Source: the human T2T-CHM13v2.0 reference genome, Homo sapiens. From it: a stretch of DNA of 64,000 nt. The position numbers were made by a program, and so were the translations under genes. The first letter of the stretch is position 1; the number at the start of each line of letters is the position of its first letter. Shown piece by piece: positions 62,792 to 64,000 of this stretch. The notes beneath the pieces are model-generated. The model was not told where the DNA came from. It did not search any database and saw only the letters and a list, made by a program, of their open reading frames with translations. Where the stretch lies: the NCBI RefSeq assembly GCF_009914755.1, contig NC_060941.1; one strand, 5' to 3'.

Positions 62792-63915
62792 ATATGTATG
62801 TGTGTGTGCGTGTGTGTGTGTATTGAGAGGGGAGAGGGTCTCGTTCTGTTGCCCAGACTGGAGTACAGTGGCACAATTTTGGTTCACTGTAACCTTAAAC
62901 TCCCAGGCTCAATCAATCCTCCCACCTCAGCCTCCTGAGTAGCTGGGACCACAGATGTTGCCAACACACCGAGCTAATTTTTGTATTTTTTTGTAGAGAC
63001 GGGTTTCGCCATGTTGACCAGGCTAGTCTTGAACTCCTGGACTCAAGTGATCCTCCTGTCTCAGCCTCTCAAAGTGCTGGGTTTATTACAGGTGTGAGCC
63101 ATCCCGTCCGGCCTAAATATATTTTTAAGACTTTTTATTTTGAAACATTTTGACTATACAAAATTAGAGAGAATAATATAATAAACTCCCAGTACTCATT
63201 TCCCAGTTTCAACAATTATCAATCTTATTTCAACTCTATCTCCATTTACTCCCAAGTCCTCTCCCCAACCCACCCCCACAGTGATTATTTTGAAGTAAAT
63301 CAAATGGGATGCTTTTTTTAACATGGAATTTTTTTTTAAAAAGAATATAACTTAGCAGAACTGTATAATGAAAATCCAGACTTGAAGTGGGGAGAAGTTA
63401 ATAGAAGGGATGATTCCAAATATTATAGTTTATGACATGTTTTAATATTAGGCCAGGTGTGGTGGCTCACACCTGTAATCCCAGCACTTTGGGAGGCCAA
63501 GGCGGGCAGATCATGAGGTCAGGAGTTCGAGACCAGCCTGGCCAGCATAGTGAAACCCCGTCTCTACTAAAAACACAAAAATTAGCTGGGGCATAGTGGT
63601 GCATGCCTTTAGTCCCAGCTACTCAGGAGGCTGAGGCAGGAGAAATGCTTGAACATGGGAGGTGGAAGTTGCGGTGAGCCGAGATCGCACCACTGCACTC
63701 CAGCCTGGACAAAAGAGTGAGACTGTCTCAAAAAACAAAACAAAACAAAAGAAAACATATGTTTTAATATTTTGAAAAAGAAACATTAAAAATATATACT
63801 TCAATACTCATTTTTACAAAATCTTTTGTCCACATTTCAGTTCCTTCAGGGCAGCTCCCTGTAGGTCAATTGTAGTGTTAAAAAACTTGCTAGAGAAAAA
63901 CTTATTTTTACTTAC

Positions 63916-64000
63916 CAAAGCCAAAAAGACTACGAGCCTTGCCAGTTCAATGGTGCGTCCATTCACAGCTTTACTAGCCATGAAACTGAAACAGATGTTG
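63916..64000 (-). CDS. FBXO47: FBXO47 coding exon, partial (runs off the window end)
   Basis: ...NICFSFMASKAVNGRTIELARLVVFLAL|gtaagt; phase 0 matches the next exon. Confidence 0.9.

Overview
Human (hominid) genomic DNA. A diagnostic AluYb8 and an SVA are present, and the genes match the 17q12 LASP1 locus as I recall it. The + strand carries the last five coding exons of LASP1 (nebulin repeats, linker, SH3; the LIM exons lie upstream of the window) and a ~3 kb 3'UTR rich in miRNA seed sites. Next comes the LINC00672/LASP1NB unit, which contains a 25-aa all-hydrophobic microprotein ORF too short for the ORF track. The - strand carries the last three coding exons of FBXO47. About 60 Alus, a 5'-truncated SVA with a 16-bp TSD, and old DNA transposon, L1 and L2 fragments fill the rest. 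The most unexpected signal is at ~53.9-57.3 kb: a chain of + strand exon-like segments with GT/AG ends and mostly compatible phases. Read through stops and frameshifts, they translate into two C-type lectin-like domains, suggesting a fossil multi-exon gene. That call is by eye and needs HMM and synteny confirmation. Repeat coordinates are approximate.
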